A DNA stretch of 64,000 bases from an uncultured Thermoprotei archaeon (GCA_964517845.1 CAZFCQ010000010.1:14936-78935); one strand, 5' to 3'. Positions 8,438-19,296 are shown, numbered from the stretch's first letter. Notes: generated by a model not told the origin, from the letters alone. Made by a program: numbers and translations.

Positions 8438-10375
8438 ATGCATAAAGATAACATGCCGAGCAGATACACGAAGAACCCTAGTATAACTTATAATGAGAAA
8501 CTGCCTGAAATTGCTAAAATTGAGAATACATATTTAGATGAAGCAGTATGGGATGTCAAAGAGAATGCAAACGCTAATATATCCTACAGCAACTTTCTAG
8601 GATTTCTTTTAGATAAGGTAATAAAAAGAAGGGAAGTACTTAATTGGTATCTTCCTTCAGATGTCGTAGATTCTTATTTTAAAGGTGATATTCATATTCA
8701 TAAGTTACCCCATTCGTTATGGATTCCATACTGTGCTGGATGGTCTCTACAGAAGTTGTTAATGATCGGATTAAAGACCCCTACGATATTCTCTAAGCCT
8801 GCGAAGCATCTTGATACCGCAGTCTCTCATCTTGTTAATTTCTTCTTCTTAACTGCTCAGGAATGGTCAGGTGCTCAGGCTGTTTCAGGTTTTGACATAT
8901 ACATGGCTCCTTTCATTAACATAGATGACCTTGATGAACATGCTATAAGTCAGGCTATGCAACGTTTACTCTATGAGCTAAATTATCCATCAAGAACAGG
9001 CTATCAAAGTCCCTTCTCTAATATAACATTAGCAGTTGATACTGTAAAGCAATTCCTAGAATCTCCTGCTATAGTTGGAGGTAAAATAGTTGGTCAAGCT
9101 AAGGACTATATCGATGAGATAATAACTCTTGACAGGATATTATTTGAATTATACTTGCGAGGCGATGAAAAGGGACAGCCTTTCACTTTCCCAATTCCCA
9201 CTATAATGATCACTGAGAATTTTGATTGGAATGGGCATCGATGGGGAGAACTATCAGATTTGATATTTGAGGCACTAGCTAAGCGTGGAGTAGCTTATAT
9301 AATGAATGGATATGCTACAAATGTAGAAGCCCTTTATGCTATGTGTTGTCGCTTAACGATTAATGTCTCTAAGATAAATAATGGACTCTTCCTAAATGGT
9401 ATGACTAATGGTGGTAGATCTCATAATCCAAGGGGTATATGGGCAACTCCTGATGCTACTGGCTCTATAGGTGTCATTACACTCAATTTACCAAGGCTTG
9501 CTTATCTCTCAAAGGGCGAATGGGACACTTTTGAAGAGCTCTTAAGACTTTATTGTGAAAAAGCTAGAAGACTATTATCAATATGGCGTGAAAGGTATAC
9601 ACGAAACATTATGTGGGGACTTATGCCTATGACCAAGAAATACTTAGGCCATTTAATGAACCATTACAGTACAATAGGAATTATTGGTCTTCCAGAGGCA
9701 GCTGCTAATTTCTTAAGAAATCCAAATCTATGGCTTGAGGATTCTACTAAGGAGATGAGGCGCGCTGTAAGTACGATGAAAAAGATGGTAGCTTTAATCA
9801 GAGAGATAACTGAAGAATATGAACGCATAGATAAAGTGCCTTACAACGTTGAAGAGATTCCAGGTGAATCTACTGCTTACCGACTAGCATCTCTCGACTG
9901 TAGAATATTTAAAGACATCGTGACTAAAGGTGAGTGGGCTATGCCTACTGTAGATGGCACTCCATTTTACTCTAATAGCATAGTACCATACTATACGGAT
10001 GTACCTCTGACATATAGAGCTGAGTGGGAGGGAGAAGTTCAGCAAGAATTTACAGGAGGAGTAATGATGCACCTCTTCTTAGCAGAACTCCCAGAGGTAG
10101 ATGCTCTTAAGAAATTCATTTACAATCTCGTCAGGAGTACTAAAGTTGTATACTTTAGCATAACCCCTGCCATTAGTGTATGTAATAAGTGTTCATGGAG
10201 CAGTGTAGGCATATACGATACATGTCCTAGATGCGGTTCTAAAAAAGTCGATGTATGGAGTAGAATCGTTGGGTACTATAGGCCTCTTAAGAGCTGGAAC
10301 ATCGGTAAAATCGCGGAATTTAAATCTAGAGTTCACTATAAAGAACTACTTGAGCATGCTACTATAAACTTATAA
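8438..10375 (+). CDS. nrdD: Anaerobic ribonucleoside-triphosphate reductase (class III)
   Basis: A C-terminal Zn ribbon (CNKCSWS...CPRCGS) is followed by the glycyl-radical motif SRIVGYYRP. There is no N-terminal ATP-cone. Confidence 0.85.
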   Translation: MHKDNMPSRYTKNPSITYNEKLPEIAKIENTYLDEAVWDVKENANANISYSNFLGFLLDKVIKRREVLNWYLPSDVVDSYFKGDIHIHKLPHSLWIPYCAGWSLQKLLMIGLKTPTIFSKPAKHLDTAVSHLVNFFFLTAQEWSGAQAVSGFDIYMAPFINIDDLDEHAISQAMQRLLYELNYPSRTGYQSPFSNITLAVDTVKQFLESPAIVGGKIVGQAKDYIDEIITLDRILFELYLRGDEKGQPFTFPIPTIMITENFDWNGHRWGELSDLIFEALAKRGVAYIMNGYATNVEALYAMCCRLTINVSKINNGLFLNGMTNGGRSHNPRGIWATPDATGSIGVITLNLPRLAYLSKGEWDTFEELLRLYCEKARRLLSIWRERYTRNIMWGLMPMTKKYLGHLMNHYSTIGIIGLPEAAANFLRNPNLWLEDSTKEMRRAVSTMKKMVALIREITEEYERIDKVPYNVEEIPGESTAYRLASLDCRIFKDIVTKGEWAMPTVDGTPFYSNSIVPYYTDVPLTYRAEWEGEVQQEFTGGVMMHLFLAELPEVDALKKFIYNLVRSTKVVYFSITPAISVCNKCSWSSVGIYDTCPRCGSKKVDVWSRIVGYYRPLKSWNIGKIAEFKSRVHYKELLEHATINL

Positions 10376-10410
10376 AAAAGAAAATTGTATTGTTTTAAAA
10401 TACATTTTCT

Positions 10411-11745
10411 CTAATCTGAGAGTGTAGATTCACCTATTATCACTGTTGGTGTTAATACACTATACGAGGTCCATCTTGCATCATTCGCAGCAGTGAATTC
10501 CCTCTTGAATGATCTATATATATTACCAGCAAATGTAAGTTGCCTTAAGGGAGTCTCTATGTCTCCATTCCTTATCAAATATGGATTTGTTACAACTACA
10601 CTATAATCTCCTGTTACAGTGTTTACTGTATGAACACTTAACAGCATACCGTCTAGGAAAATTCCTTTATCTAATGATGATATTAACTTCTCTCTACTTT
10701 TACTTCCTCTTGAAACTATCAAATTAGTCGGCGATATGCCAGTACCAGCCCTTGTTGCATTACCTGTACTTCTAACGTTTTCTCGTCTAGCCGTATATGT
10801 ATTGTATAAGAATGACTTTAATACCCCTTTCTCAAATATTACTGTCCTTCTTCTAGGAACTCCTTCACCATCGTAGAGACTAGTTCTAATTCCTCCTGGT
10901 AGTGTTCCATCATCTATTAGTGTGAACTCTTTCGAGAAAACTTCTTTATTTCTCTTACCCCTTAGTGGACTTAATCCCTCTTGGACACTACTAGCTAAGG
11001 TAGCAGGTATTAAAACGTGACTTATTAGACTAGCAAAGATCTCTGGAGAAAGGACTACTGGTCCTGAGTATTTATCCTTAAAAGGTACTGCTTTTAATCC
11101 ATCTCTTGCTAACTTAATAGCTCGCTCTATCATTGGTTCGAATTCAATTACTAGACTTCTTGAAACAACATATCCATATCCTGTAGACTCTTTATTGGAC
11201 TCTTTACCTTTTACATACGCAAAAGCATGCATATTCGTTCCTTTATCCTCAGCATATAATCCATGGTTATTGGCTATAACCTCCCATGATATTCCTAGAC
11301 CTACTTCTGCTCGCGCAACTTTAATTCTATCATCATATTGCGATGCTCTTCCTACAAGTTCTTTAACAAAAGCTATTAGGTCTTGGATATTTAATGTAGC
11401 TAGTCCTTCATCATACCCCACCCAGGAGTGTATCGGCTTCTCAGGGTCTGGAAGTCCTTGCCAGAAGGGATCCTCCTCTGAAGCTTTTGCTATTTTAATC
11501 GCTGCCTTTATCGAATCGGACAATAATTCCTCGCTTAAGCTTGTTATGTATGTTATTCCTACTCTTTTCCCGATAGCCACTCTTATAGAGCCTTGTTCTA
11601 TAGTCTTACTCTCTCCACGTACCTCTAATCCTTCCGATTTAGCATTCCTTGTTATGCCTTTAGCTAGACATATCTCTATTTCCTCAGCTCCTAACTTTTC
11701 ACCATAATGTACTCCCTTTTCAACTAGCTTATCTAACTCACTCAC
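10411..11745 (-). CDS. PmbA/TldE-family metalloprotease subunit
   Basis: The sequence looks like the TldD/PmbA family but lacks HExxxH. It overlaps the upstream TldD gene by 8 nt. Confidence 0.8.
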   Translation of the reverse strand: MSELDKLVEKGVHYGEKLGAEEIEICLAKGITRNAKSEGLEVRGESKTIEQGSIRVAIGKRVGITYITSLSEELLSDSIKAAIKIAKASEEDPFWQGLPDPEKPIHSWVGYDEGLATLNIQDLIAFVKELVGRASQYDDRIKVARAEVGLGISWEVIANNHGLYAEDKGTNMHAFAYVKGKESNKESTGYGYVVSRSLVIEFEPMIERAIKLARDGLKAVPFKDKYSGPVVLSPEIFASLISHVLIPATLASSVQEGLSPLRGKRNKEVFSKEFTLIDDGTLPGGIRTSLYDGEGVPRRRTVIFEKGVLKSFLYNTYTARRENVRSTGNATRAGTGISPTNLIVSRGSKSREKLISSLDKGIFLDGMLLSVHTVNTVTGDYSVVVTNPYLIRNGDIETPLRQLTFAGNIYRSFKREFTAANDARWTSYSVLTPTVIIGESTLSD

Positions 11746-13129
11746 GTCTACCCCCTACCATTAACCTTGTTACTCGAAGAGTAGGTCCTCCAAGTCCTAC
11801 AAATGCCCTTTGACCCCATTTACCACATCCTCCAAAAGGTGAAGTAAATATTTCGACATCCTTTGAAGCTGCATCTACATATTTGAGCATTTCAAGTATG
11901 TTTCCGGCTAGGACTACATCTCTTACAGGCTCTTTTATTTCGCCATTTTCTATGATGTACCCTCTAGATGCAGTAAATGTAAATGTACCATCTAGGTTTA
12001 CTTGTCCACCTCGTGGATCATCTAGAAAAAGTCCTCTCTTAGTCTCACTAATTATTTCCTCTTTATTCCACTCTCCTTTATCAAAATATGTATTCCTCAT
12101 GCGTATTATGGGCTCATATCTGAAATCTTGTGAACGAGCATTTCCAGTACTTTGTGCACCAAGTAATGCTGCACTTTCTCTACTATGCAAATATCCCTTT
12201 AATATGCCCTTATCAACTAGAACTACCTTACGGGTTATTACACCTTCATCATCTACAGGAATGAAATATCCTCCATTAGTAACTATGCCTTCATCTATTA
12301 TAGTAACAGCATCGCTTGCTATTTTTTCTCCTACCTTCCCAGTTAGTGGCGAAACACCGCTTACTATATTGTCTGCCTCGCTTAAATGACCAAAACTTTC
12401 ATGAGCAAAGACGCCTGCTAGACGTGGGGCTATAATTACTGTTTGTTGACCAGGTGATGTATACTTAGCTTTAGCCTTTTCTAAGGCCTTCTTGTACGCT
12501 TTACTCCCTATTTCCTCTGGAGTTTTGCTTTTAAAAAGCTCTAATCCTTTACTTGCTCCTACAGTCTCTGCTCCATCCCCTGTCTTTCCATTTATTTTAG
12601 TTACTGTGAATGTTCCCAGACCTATCAATAGTGGTTTAAAGCAGGTACTATAACCTTCTATGTTATAGAACTCTATCAATCCATAGTATGCTGCATATCT
12701 TGAAGTAGTGCTAACTGCTTTATCTCCTCTAGCAGCCTCATATACTCTCTTTGTTAGATCTATCTTATAGTCCCATTCGACATTCCCAGGATGTTCCTTT
12801 ACGTTTTCTAAGGAAAACGATCCTTTGGAAGGTTCCTCTTTAGAAAACTTAATTCTTCCTTTTCCGATAGCTTTTGCAATACTGATAGCTTCTTTAAGTG
12901 CTTTAACTAACTCCTCTTTTGATAAAATAGTTGTTGAAGCGAAGCCTACTGAACCATTTATAACAACTCGTATTCCAGCTCCACGCATTCTAGTATGGCC
13001 AATACCAAGTATTCTTCCATTAACATATGTAAGGGACTCATAGATAGTATCTTCAAATCGTACCTCAGCATAATGAACTCCAAGGGATGTGGCCTCTCTC
13101 ATGATATATTCTGCCTTATCCTCGAACAA
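11738..13129 (-). CDS. tldD: TldD-family metalloprotease
   Basis: The HESFGH (HExxxH) motif is present, and the gene is paired with a PmbA-like gene. Confidence 0.85.
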   Translation of the reverse strand: MFEDKAEYIMREATSLGVHYAEVRFEDTIYESLTYVNGRILGIGHTRMRGAGIRVVINGSVGFASTTILSKEELVKALKEAISIAKAIGKGRIKFSKEEPSKGSFSLENVKEHPGNVEWDYKIDLTKRVYEAARGDKAVSTTSRYAAYYGLIEFYNIEGYSTCFKPLLIGLGTFTVTKINGKTGDGAETVGASKGLELFKSKTPEEIGSKAYKKALEKAKAKYTSPGQQTVIIAPRLAGVFAHESFGHLSEADNIVSGVSPLTGKVGEKIASDAVTIIDEGIVTNGGYFIPVDDEGVITRKVVLVDKGILKGYLHSRESAALLGAQSTGNARSQDFRYEPIIRMRNTYFDKGEWNKEEIISETKRGLFLDDPRGGQVNLDGTFTFTASRGYIIENGEIKEPVRDVVLAGNILEMLKYVDAASKDVEIFTSPFGGCGKWGQRAFVGLGGPTLRVTRLMVGGRRE

Positions 13130-13222
13130 TTTCTCACCACATGTATCTCTTTATACATATCTAACATTATGTACTAATATTTTAATTTCAATTTTGCTCT
13201 CGCTATTAAGGGGATAAAATTC

Positions 13223-14605
13223 ATGAATGACCTGAAATGGAGCTTCAGAGATAATATTCCCGTAGCTATGACAATTGCAGGTAGTGATTCCTGTGGTGGT
13301 GCTGGAATTTCTGCTGACTTAAAGACCTTTGCAGCTTTAGGTGTTTATGGAACTTTAGTTATAACTGCTGTTACAGCACAAAATACGTACTCTTTATTAA
13401 AAATGCAAATAATAGACGCTGACCTTGTTGAGAAACAGATGGAGGCAATACTACAGGATATTTCCGTTAATGCCGCGAAAACAGGTATGCTTTATTCTCC
13501 TGATATCATTGAGGTTGTAGCTAAGGTATTACGTCAATACCATATCCCTCTAGTAGTAGATCCTGTAATTAAAGCTAAGTGTGGTGCTACTCTGCTTCTT
13601 AAAGAAGCTATAGCATATCTCAAAGAAGAACTATTACCATTAACCACTGTTATAACACCTAACATAAAGGAAACTGAGATATTATGTGGACGTAAGGTGA
13701 AGACATATGAGGATATGATAGTTGCCGCTAAAGAGATTCATAACATGGGTCCAAAAGCGGTGCTTATAAAGGGTGGACATTTACCAGGAACAGAAGCAGT
13801 CTTAGATGTACTTTATTATGAGGAAAGAATATGGAAATTTAAGTCTCCTCGTCTTCATGTTAAGACAACACATGGAACGGGATGTGTTCTCTCAGCCGCC
13901 ATAACTGCAGAACTAGCTAAAGGTAAAAGTATAGTTGAAGCTGTAAGAGTAGCTAAAGAACTTATAACTTCAAGTATACGATTTGGATTAAACATAGGGA
14001 AAGGCTATGGCCCAGTAAATCCTATGGTAAAGCTCTATAAAGATGCTGCTAAATATAAGGTTCTAAAGAATGTTGAAAAAGCTATGAGATTATTGATTAT
14101 GCACACCCTTAGTGAGAGGATAGCTCCAGAAGTTGGTATAAATCTAGTAGAAGCTATACCTTATGCAGAATGTTTAAAGGATGTAGTGGGCATACCTGGC
14201 AGATTAAGAGCTACAGGAAGAGGGCTAAAAGCGGCTTTACCTCCAGATTTTAACGCCTCAAGTCATTTAGCTAGGTATGTTCTTAAGCTTCAAGAATACT
14301 CTCCTAATATAAGAGCTGCGGTTAATATTCGATTTTCCGAAGAACTATTAGAAATAGCTAAGAAATTAGGCTTCTCTATCTCTTACTATGATAGACGAGA
14401 AGAACCAGCTGAGATCAAGAAGAAAGAGGGTATGAGTATACCCTGGGGAGTGGAGCAGGCTATAAAACGTATAGGTAAAGTTCCAGATATAATTTATCAT
14501 AAAGGCGATTGGGGTAAAGAGCCTATGATTGTTATACTAGGCAAGAGTGCTGAGGAGGTTGTTAGAAAATTACTAAGTATATTAGATTACTTAAAAGAGA
14601 AATAG
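13223..14605 (+). CDS. thiDN: Bifunctional ThiD (HMP/HMP-P kinase) + ThiN (thiamine-phosphate synthase), archaeal ThiDN
   Basis: The N-terminal ThiD half carries GGAGISADLKT. A C-terminal extension of about 190 aa is typical of ThiN. Confidence 0.85.
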   Translation: MNDLKWSFRDNIPVAMTIAGSDSCGGAGISADLKTFAALGVYGTLVITAVTAQNTYSLLKMQIIDADLVEKQMEAILQDISVNAAKTGMLYSPDIIEVVAKVLRQYHIPLVVDPVIKAKCGATLLLKEAIAYLKEELLPLTTVITPNIKETEILCGRKVKTYEDMIVAAKEIHNMGPKAVLIKGGHLPGTEAVLDVLYYEERIWKFKSPRLHVKTTHGTGCVLSAAITAELAKGKSIVEAVRVAKELITSSIRFGLNIGKGYGPVNPMVKLYKDAAKYKVLKNVEKAMRLLIMHTLSERIAPEVGINLVEAIPYAECLKDVVGIPGRLRATGRGLKAALPPDFNASSHLARYVLKLQEYSPNIRAAVNIRFSEELLEIAKKLGFSISYYDRREEPAEIKKKEGMSIPWGVEQAIKRIGKVPDIIYHKGDWGKEPMIVILGKSAEEVVRKLLSILDYLKEK

Positions 14606-14728
14606 ATTATATACTATAATAATAATTTCAATTCAGTAATATCTTAATTATTTTCTCCAACACTACTAATCAAATATTTAAGATAACTTTCGATACTACA
14701 AAATAGATGTGGTAAAGAAGTACTCCCA

Positions 14729-16081
14729 ATGTGTAGATCTATGAGCAATGATAAGTTAAGTCCTAAGTGGTTCAGATCTTACAAGAAGCTAGTCTATTTC
14801 TTAGACAAACATGATAAAGATAGAAAATTTGCATTTAAAGGAGAGACTCATGAGAAATTCTTAGAGTTAAGAGAGAAATTCAGAAATGAATTCGTCAAGA
14901 GTGAAATAGGAAAGGAAATTAACATAGCTAGGCGTTGGGTTCTAAGATTCAAAGAAGAGCTTACTGTTACTAAAGAAGTGCTCAACATCAAGGGTATATC
15001 TTTATCTAAGGAACTGCGAGATTTTGTAGAAGACCCCTTTTCACACTTAAAGAAGAAAATATTTAACTATATGTATGATCTGCTAAGAGGTAAGATAGAT
15101 ATTGATTCCTTTAAACGTAGCGCTAGCGCTGCTGTAAAGACATCCTTCAGAACTAACTTGAGAAATTTATATCAATGTTGGGTTCTAATATCCATCCTAA
15201 AGCTCCTAGGTAGTTTAGGAGCTAAGATCATTTATCCTGAACATGGTTATTTATCACTAGAGAGATTAGGGAAGCAAAAGACTGGTGGCATACCTCCTAA
15301 TTGTATAATGTACATTCCATCTGCTGGATTTCTAAGCTTCTTCTTAGAGGCTCCTAGACCTATTAGCTGGGAGGATTCAGAAGACCTAAGAAAAATATGG
15401 AGTCTATATACAGCGTTAAGGCCTGATATACTAGTTTACGGGGGCAAAGTTGTGGACATAGTCTCTCTAGAGAGTAATCCTCCGATTAAACGACCAGACA
15501 TAATAATAGAATGCAAAGAACTAACTGACTGGTATCTTCGTGTACGAGAAATACGAGGACCATTAACTAAACCACTCACAGCTGAAGAATGGCGAAGTAA
15601 ATGGATAAATGGTTTATGGGAAGGACTAGCCGATATACTAGGAGTAAAACGATCTGAGGCTATAACAACAGTAGAGGAGAGAAAGGCTATAAGGTTAAAA
15701 GATTTACAGATAGTAACCCTCTACCATTCTCTCTATCAGCCTAAATACATGGTAGTAATCTCGAGAACTAGGGTTCCAGAGGAAGTACGTGACTATCTAA
15801 TAAATCATGGTATCGACTTAATAGATAGTGTAGGCTTTAATTCTAAGAGACTTAAACCCTTAGTCGATAATATTTCATCTTTCGCCGGAATGGAAGCACA
15901 ATTCGAACTTCTTGAATTAAAAAGCGATATGCTTGATAAGCTACGTTCTTTACAAGAAATCCTAAGAAAGAAAAACATAAACTTGCCTATAGAGAAAATT
16001 ATCAAGTACTCATTACTTTTCGCTTTAGATAATCTAAATGATTATATGTCTTTCATTTCTAATAGGGAAGAATTTTCATAA
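14729..16081 (+). CDS. Hypothetical protein with PD-(D/E)xK nuclease-like core
   Basis: The 450 aa ORF contains LRPDILVY (D233), then about 27 aa, then RPDIIIECKEL (E261-x-K263), which fits a PD-ExK signature. I recognise no other domain. Confidence 0.45.
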   Translation: MCRSMSNDKLSPKWFRSYKKLVYFLDKHDKDRKFAFKGETHEKFLELREKFRNEFVKSEIGKEINIARRWVLRFKEELTVTKEVLNIKGISLSKELRDFVEDPFSHLKKKIFNYMYDLLRGKIDIDSFKRSASAAVKTSFRTNLRNLYQCWVLISILKLLGSLGAKIIYPEHGYLSLERLGKQKTGGIPPNCIMYIPSAGFLSFFLEAPRPISWEDSEDLRKIWSLYTALRPDILVYGGKVVDIVSLESNPPIKRPDIIIECKELTDWYLRVREIRGPLTKPLTAEEWRSKWINGLWEGLADILGVKRSEAITTVEERKAIRLKDLQIVTLYHSLYQPKYMVVISRTRVPEEVRDYLINHGIDLIDSVGFNSKRLKPLVDNISSFAGMEAQFELLELKSDMLDKLRSLQEILRKKNINLPIEKIIKYSLLFALDNLNDYMSFISNREEFS

Positions 16082-16292
16082 TTAATGTAAACATCATCTT
16101 GTTTAAATATCGCTTATATGTACAAAGTTATTTAACAGAATGATAGAAAATTTTAAGATAGACTCTTCTAAACTATACTTAGCTCAATTAGTTTTTTGCA
16201 TAGTTATCTTTCACATTTTTACTTAAACATAATGAACTACCTAATAGAAATAGCTATATATCAATTGATTAAAAAAGATTACATGATCAGAT

Positions 16293-17690
16293 ATGAGTTC
16301 ATCAGTAACCCAAGCTGGGATTAGAGCTCATGTAAAATGCATCATAGCAATGATTATAATAGCAATAATATGTGCAAGCATAGCATGGGTTCTAGCTCCA
16401 GGTAAAGAGCGTGTAGTAAAGGTTAAAGTTACCCCCACTATACCGCAAGTTGAAAATTTCGTCACTGCTATCAAAGGGTTAGCTAAAAGTTTCGGTACCT
16501 CTATAGAGGTACCTACTACTAGAGAGGGTAAAGTCAATATAACAGAGTTTATACCTAAGACTATACCTATACTTGAGAAGGCCAAGAACTTCGTTATGAA
16601 AAATCTAACAGTTGGCTTTATTTATATTGGTCCTGTAATGGACTATGGATGGACTTATGGTCATGATAGAGGTCGTAGGTATATAGATGCTAAATTCCCC
16701 TGGGTGAAGACTATTGCTATAGAGCAGGTCGGAGAGGGAGAGTGCTTAAGATATATCGATAGATTAGTAGAGCAAGGCTGTCAGGTTATATTCACTACCA
16801 GTTTCGGATTTATGGATGCAACTATTGAAGCCGCTAAAAAGTATCCAGATGTTGTATTCTTCCATTGTTCTGGATATAAGAGAGCCAAAAACGTTGGAAC
16901 TTACTTTGCCGAGTTCTATCAGCTATATTATCTGAATGGTCTAATGGCAGGAGCGCTCACTAAATCGAATAAGATAGGATATGTAGGAGCACATCCCATA
17001 CCTGAAGTTATTCGCCACATCAATGCTTTTGCTCTTGGAGTTAAAGAGGTCAATCCTAATGCTAAGGTTTACGTTAAATGGATTCATGCGTGGTATGACC
17101 CTACTAAAGCTAAAGAAGCTGCAGAGGCATTAGTAGCTGAAGGATGTGATGTAATAGCCTTTACTGAAGACTCTCCCACTATAGTTGAAGTATGTGAAGA
17201 CCACTTCAAGAAAGGTAAGCCTATCTACACTTTTAGCCATTACAGTCCTATGCTAAAGTATGGTCCAGATGTAGTTGTAAGTGGGCAATTAGTTCACTGG
17301 GAGAAAATATACGAGGATATTCTCATAAAGGTATATCTCGGAGTCTATAATACGACTAATCTTGAAAACGTAGATTACTGGTGGATGTTAAAAGAAGGAG
17401 CTGTTGAATTAGGTGCAGACTATGGTGTTCCAATAAACCCCAAGTTTATACCAATACTTAACTCAACATACGTTCAAGATCCTATACTTGGTAATATTTC
17501 AGTGTATCAATTAATCATGATTCGCTTAAAGCAAATGAGCGAGGAAGTTCCAACTTTTGACCCATTTACAGGTCCTATATATGATCAAAATGGAGAACTA
17601 AAAGTTAGACCTGGTGAAAGGCTTGGACATGATGCTTTATGGTCTATAAACTGGTTCGTAGACAATATCGTAGGATCACCTAAAGGTTAG
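16293..17690 (+). CDS. BMP-family (PnrA-like) ABC transporter substrate-binding protein, membrane anchored
   Basis: An N-terminal TM segment is followed by BMP-like blocks (GFIYIGPVMDYGWTYGH, GYVGAHPIPEV). Confidence 0.85.
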   Translation: MSSSVTQAGIRAHVKCIIAMIIIAIICASIAWVLAPGKERVVKVKVTPTIPQVENFVTAIKGLAKSFGTSIEVPTTREGKVNITEFIPKTIPILEKAKNFVMKNLTVGFIYIGPVMDYGWTYGHDRGRRYIDAKFPWVKTIAIEQVGEGECLRYIDRLVEQGCQVIFTTSFGFMDATIEAAKKYPDVVFFHCSGYKRAKNVGTYFAEFYQLYYLNGLMAGALTKSNKIGYVGAHPIPEVIRHINAFALGVKEVNPNAKVYVKWIHAWYDPTKAKEAAEALVAEGCDVIAFTEDSPTIVEVCEDHFKKGKPIYTFSHYSPMLKYGPDVVVSGQLVHWEKIYEDILIKVYLGVYNTTNLENVDYWWMLKEGAVELGADYGVPINPKFIPILNSTYVQDPILGNISVYQLIMIRLKQMSEEVPTFDPFTGPIYDQNGELKVRPGERLGHDALWSINWFVDNIVGSPKG

Positions 17691-17712
17691 TGAGTCTAAA
17701 GAGGTTACTATC

Positions 17713-19296
17713 ATGAAGTATAATTATCCTACTTTTTTTGATCCCCCCTCTTCCATGAGAGAAAAAGATAATCAAATAGCTATATTAATGAAAGGTATAA
17801 CTAAGCGTTTTCCAGGTGTCGTAGCTAATGATCATATAAACTTTGAAGTACGTATAGGTGAGATTCATGCTCTATTAGGTGAAAATGGAGCAGGTAAGAC
17901 TACATTAATGAATATATTGTATGGACTTTATCAACCTGATGAAGGTGAGATATACGTCTGGGGAAAGAAAGTTAAGATACGCTCACCACGTGACGCTCTT
18001 AAACTAGGCATAGGCATGGTACATCAACATTTTAAACTAGTGGACTCACTAACTGTAGCTGAAAATATAACTCTTGGTTTAAAAAATGTAAGAATAATAC
18101 TACCACTTTCTAAAGTTAAGCACCTCATTAGAAATTTCTCAACTAAGTTTGGATTAAAGGTAGATCCCGATGCTAGGGTATGGCAGCTCTCAGCTGGTGA
18201 ACGTCAGCGTGTTGAGATACTGAAAGCATTAATACATGGTGCTAGAATCCTGATACTGGATGAGCCTACTACTGTTTTAACACCTATTGAAAGAAATGAA
18301 CTATTCAAAATATTACGCCGTATGAAGAATGAGGGATGTTCCATAATATTCATAACACATAAACTAGAGGAAGTCTTTCTAATAAGTGACCGAGTAACGA
18401 TCTTAAGACATGGTAAAGTAGTAACTACACTAGATACAAAGAATACTACTCCAGAGGAGCTCTCTAAGTTAATGATAGGACGAGAATTAATAGTAGAGAA
18501 CATTAATAAAAAGATATACCCCAAATATAACTTTAAAGATAAGAAGCCGATACTCAAAGTAGATGACCTTTATGTTCTTAATGATAAAGGAGCCCTAGCA
18601 GTAAGAGGTGTCTCCTTCTCTATCTATCCTGGAGAGATATTCGGTATAGCAGGCATCTCTGGTAATGGCCAAAGAGAATTAATAGAAGCCATCGTTGGAC
18701 TTAGAAAAGTTAAGCAAGGCCACATTTACATAATGAACAAAGAGGTTACGAATTCTTCTCCAGGTAAAATTCTGAGAAAAGGTATCGCTTACATTCCTGA
18801 AGATCGTATTAATGTTGGTATAATCCCAGATATGAGTATCAAAGAAAATCTATTGCTTAAAAACTATTGGAAGTATCCTTTTTCTGGAAAAATATTCATT
18901 AATATGTCCTATGTTGATGAATGGTCTAAAAAGTTAATTAATGAATACGGTATTGTAGCGCCGAGTAATGAAACTCCTGCTAAATTACTCTCTGGAGGTA
19001 ATATCCAGAGAGTTATCCTTGCTAGAGAACTTTCCTCTAACCCACATCTAATAATAGCTGTTCATCCTACTTATGGGCTTGATATCGCAGCAACGCAATA
19101 TGTTCACTCCTTACTCATAGAGCAGAAGAAGCATGGATCTAGTATCCTCCTAGTCTCTGAAGATCCTGAAGAGATATTAAAATTATGCGATTATATTGCA
19201 GTCATGTTTGAGGGACATTTTATTAATGTAATGTCTGCTGAGGATACTACACTAGAGGATATATACTTAATGATGTCTGGTGTTAAAAGAAAATAA
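17713..19296 (+). CDS. ABC transporter ATP-binding protein (duplicated ATPase domains)
   Basis: The ORF carries GENGAGKTT, LSAGERQRV, ILDEPT and a second degenerate NBD (GISGNGQ, LSGGNIQRV). Confidence 0.9.
   Translation: MKYNYPTFFDPPSSMREKDNQIAILMKGITKRFPGVVANDHINFEVRIGEIHALLGENGAGKTTLMNILYGLYQPDEGEIYVWGKKVKIRSPRDALKLGIGMVHQHFKLVDSLTVAENITLGLKNVRIILPLSKVKHLIRNFSTKFGLKVDPDARVWQLSAGERQRVEILKALIHGARILILDEPTTVLTPIERNELFKILRRMKNEGCSIIFITHKLEEVFLISDRVTILRHGKVVTTLDTKNTTPEELSKLMIGRELIVENINKKIYPKYNFKDKKPILKVDDLYVLNDKGALAVRGVSFSIYPGEIFGIAGISGNGQRELIEAIVGLRKVKQGHIYIMNKEVTNSSPGKILRKGIAYIPEDRINVGIIPDMSIKENLLLKNYWKYPFSGKIFINMSYVDEWSKKLINEYGIVAPSNETPAKLLSGGNIQRVILARELSSNPHLIIAVHPTYGLDIAATQYVHSLLIEQKKHGSSILLVSEDPEEILKLCDYIAVMFEGHFINVMSAEDTTLEDIYLMMSGVKRK

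Noticed and set aside
11195-13177. Plus-strand ORFs (11195..11707, 11883..12389, 12825..13043, 12995..13177) opposite the PmbA/TldD genes
   Set aside because: They are antisense shadows of two motif-supported protease genes. Their Ser/Pro/Leu-rich composition carries no motifs.
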